Assembly: GCA_030704615.1 (NCBI GenBank) | Contig: CM060731.1 | Span: forward strand, 66,712,001 to 66,776,000 | DNA from: Takakia lepidozioides | Taxonomy: Eukaryota > Plantae > Bryophyta | DNA: 64,000 bases | Direction: 5' to 3' | Part shown: in pieces, positions 62,154-64,000 of the stretch | How positions within the stretch are numbered: position 1 is the stretch's first letter | How the letters are laid out: every line of letters starts with the position of its first letter | Translations under genes and position numbers: made by a program | The notes under the pieces: generated by a model | Database searches by the model: none | What the model was told of the DNA's origin: nothing | Seen by the model: the letters and a program-made list of their open reading frames with translations, nothing else

Positions 62154-64000
62154 ATGAGTGTGGTTATATTTGAAGCGCTTTGTGTCTCAGAGGGTCTTCA
62201 GGATCTGGACAGACAACAACAGCTGGTAGATGGTGAGAGGCAAGCGAAGAAGGGAAGTCGTAGCAAGGCTGGGAAGATGTTGTTGTTCAATGAGAAGAAG
62301 AGGAGAGCCAAGTTGGAAGAGCTGATGGGATCGATGAATAGGTGTTACAACGAGACGGTGGTGCAAGGATTGCAACAACACGACTACAATTTTGTGCTGA
62401 GTGATCCAAGGTTACCCAACAACCCAATTGTGTATGCAAGTGAGGGTTTTTGCAAGATGTCTGGATACGAGTGCCGTGAGGTCCTCGGGCGCAACTGCAG
62501 ATTCTTGCAAGGTCCTGACACTGATCGTCGCACCGTCCTAGAAATCAGAGATGCAATTCGCGAAGAGAGGCCGTGTCAGGTTCGGATTTTGAATTATACC
62601 AAGCAAGGGGAGGCCTTCTGGAATCTGTTCCACTTGGCCCCAGTGTACTCGAGGTTAGATGGCAATGTCATCCATTTTGTTGGCGTCCAGACACCCATGT
62701 CTCTCAGCCTTGCAGCTGTGCCTGCTCCTTCTATCAGGGGTTCCCGCCTTGTCTCAGATCGTGTACAGGAAGTCCCTCAAGTCGACAAGAAGATTAACTC
62801 ATTCGGAATTGATGAGTATGTTAACTTATCACCTCCGGGCAATGAGAGCTCTTGCCGTGTTCCAGATGATGCAGCAGATTTCTCATCGGAAGGCGAGGCT
62901 GAGAATGGAAGACCAGCTAGAAATCTAGAGATTGCCGAAGATACCGCAGTATTACGGGTGCAGGGCGGAGGTTAGTGCTTAATTGGCTTGTCCTTCCACA
63001 TTTCTTTCGCAAGTTGCATGATGGAAATGGTATGTTGAAAATAACAGGAAGAAAACAGCATGCTCTGAAGCATGGAACATTGGAAGGTTTAGTTTTGATC
63101 ATCTGGCAATGTCTAAGCGATACTGTTGTGAGATTGCAGGAATGTGCTTTCTATACAAATTTTGATGCGAATTGTAAGGAAGTCACTGATTCTTAACACT
63201 CTGCTTCGTCTTTTATAGTAGAGTCTTAGGAAGCTACCCATGTCTAAATGACACTTTCAAATCGGTTCAGGAATAAAGCTCCAGAGGAATTGAAGAGAGA
63301 GAGAGATCAAGAATACAGCTTCAAACTCTGGTTTTGCAAATCAGTTCTTTTTGGTTGCTTTTTTCCCAGTTGCTTTTCTAGTTTGAGGTTTGTGTAATCG
63401 ATCATGTTTAGTATGTGGTGTTCACTAAAGGTTTAGGCACATTGCAAGTAATAGGAGGACTTCTTGGATATACTCTCCTGATGAAACCTGAATTTATCAG
63501 TACCATCACTTCAACAGTTGATAAGTTGCAGTGCTGGAGGGACCTCCCCTCCCCATATCCCTTTGCTCTCCCTTTCTACTCATTTAAACTTGGAACAGGA
63601 CCTGTGGCTGTAAGGCTAGACTAAGGTCACACATTGCTTCAACGGCGGATATTAGCTCCTATATCCACTTCAACTTGTTCACATAGATTGATCAGCATTG
63701 GTTGTCGGTAACTGGCATCTGCGTCATAGACTCTCCTGATTCTATGTGTGACAGTGCTGACCTTGCTGCAAATTTGCTAAATGGTTTTGGCAGCCGGAGA
63801 GGAGGAGGAAGACACGCCTGAGATCAAGAAGGCAGACCAGGAAAGGGCGGCCTTTGCAGTGCGTGCCATTTTGTGCCAGCTCGCAGAGTCAAGTAAGATA
63901 AAAGGGGGGCTGGTGGAAAAACGATGCACAGGTTTATCTGAGGGTGCAGCCCGTGGGGTCGTGTGTTCTTCGCTCATGCTCTCGCTAACTCAAATTCAGC
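62154..64000 (+). CDS. LLP: LOV/LOV (PAS/LOV, twin-LOV) protein, 3' part outside the window
   Basis: Exon 62154-62970 with NFVLSDPRLPNNPIVYASEGF...GRNCRFLQG...ILNYTKQG.FWNL; phase-1 intron; exon from 63794 reads ...KRCTGLSE...VCSSLMLSLTQIQ, the linker before LOV2; start codon could be a later Met. Confidence 0.85.

Noticed and set aside
62019-62975. Phototropin
   Set aside because: Short N-terminus and an LLP-type SSLMLSL linker; no kinase seen, though the gene is incomplete in this window

Overview
Eukaryotic DNA from a land plant, probably non-seed (GT-AG introns, PLS-type PPR fragments, LOV/LOV protein with a Cys-retaining first LOV). About 57 kb is a nest of decayed transposons: two Mutator-like (MULE) copies, PHD-bearing and other Ty3/Gypsy remnants, CACTA, an RLE+RNase H LINE, an L1-type LINE, a Penelope-like fragment, a piggyBac remnant and a cluster of four ~2.1 kb repeats. 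Two host genes sit head-to-head at the right end: NDUFS8 (minus) and a LOV/LOV protein (plus, runs off the window). The main find is a 10.55 kb MULE (3793-14346) bounded by a 12-bp target duplication. Divergent from its transposase it carries a 9-exon gene reading as a ParB/Srx-like domain fused to a beta-class N4-C/N6-A DNA-methyltransferase-like domain. An array of TGTCGTTGACGACA palindromes lies in one intron, and the same palindrome recurs in an apparent non-autonomous relative at 55848-57390. This copy is a pseudogene. All domain calls are by eye from motifs, no searches were run, and boundaries of decayed elements are approximate.
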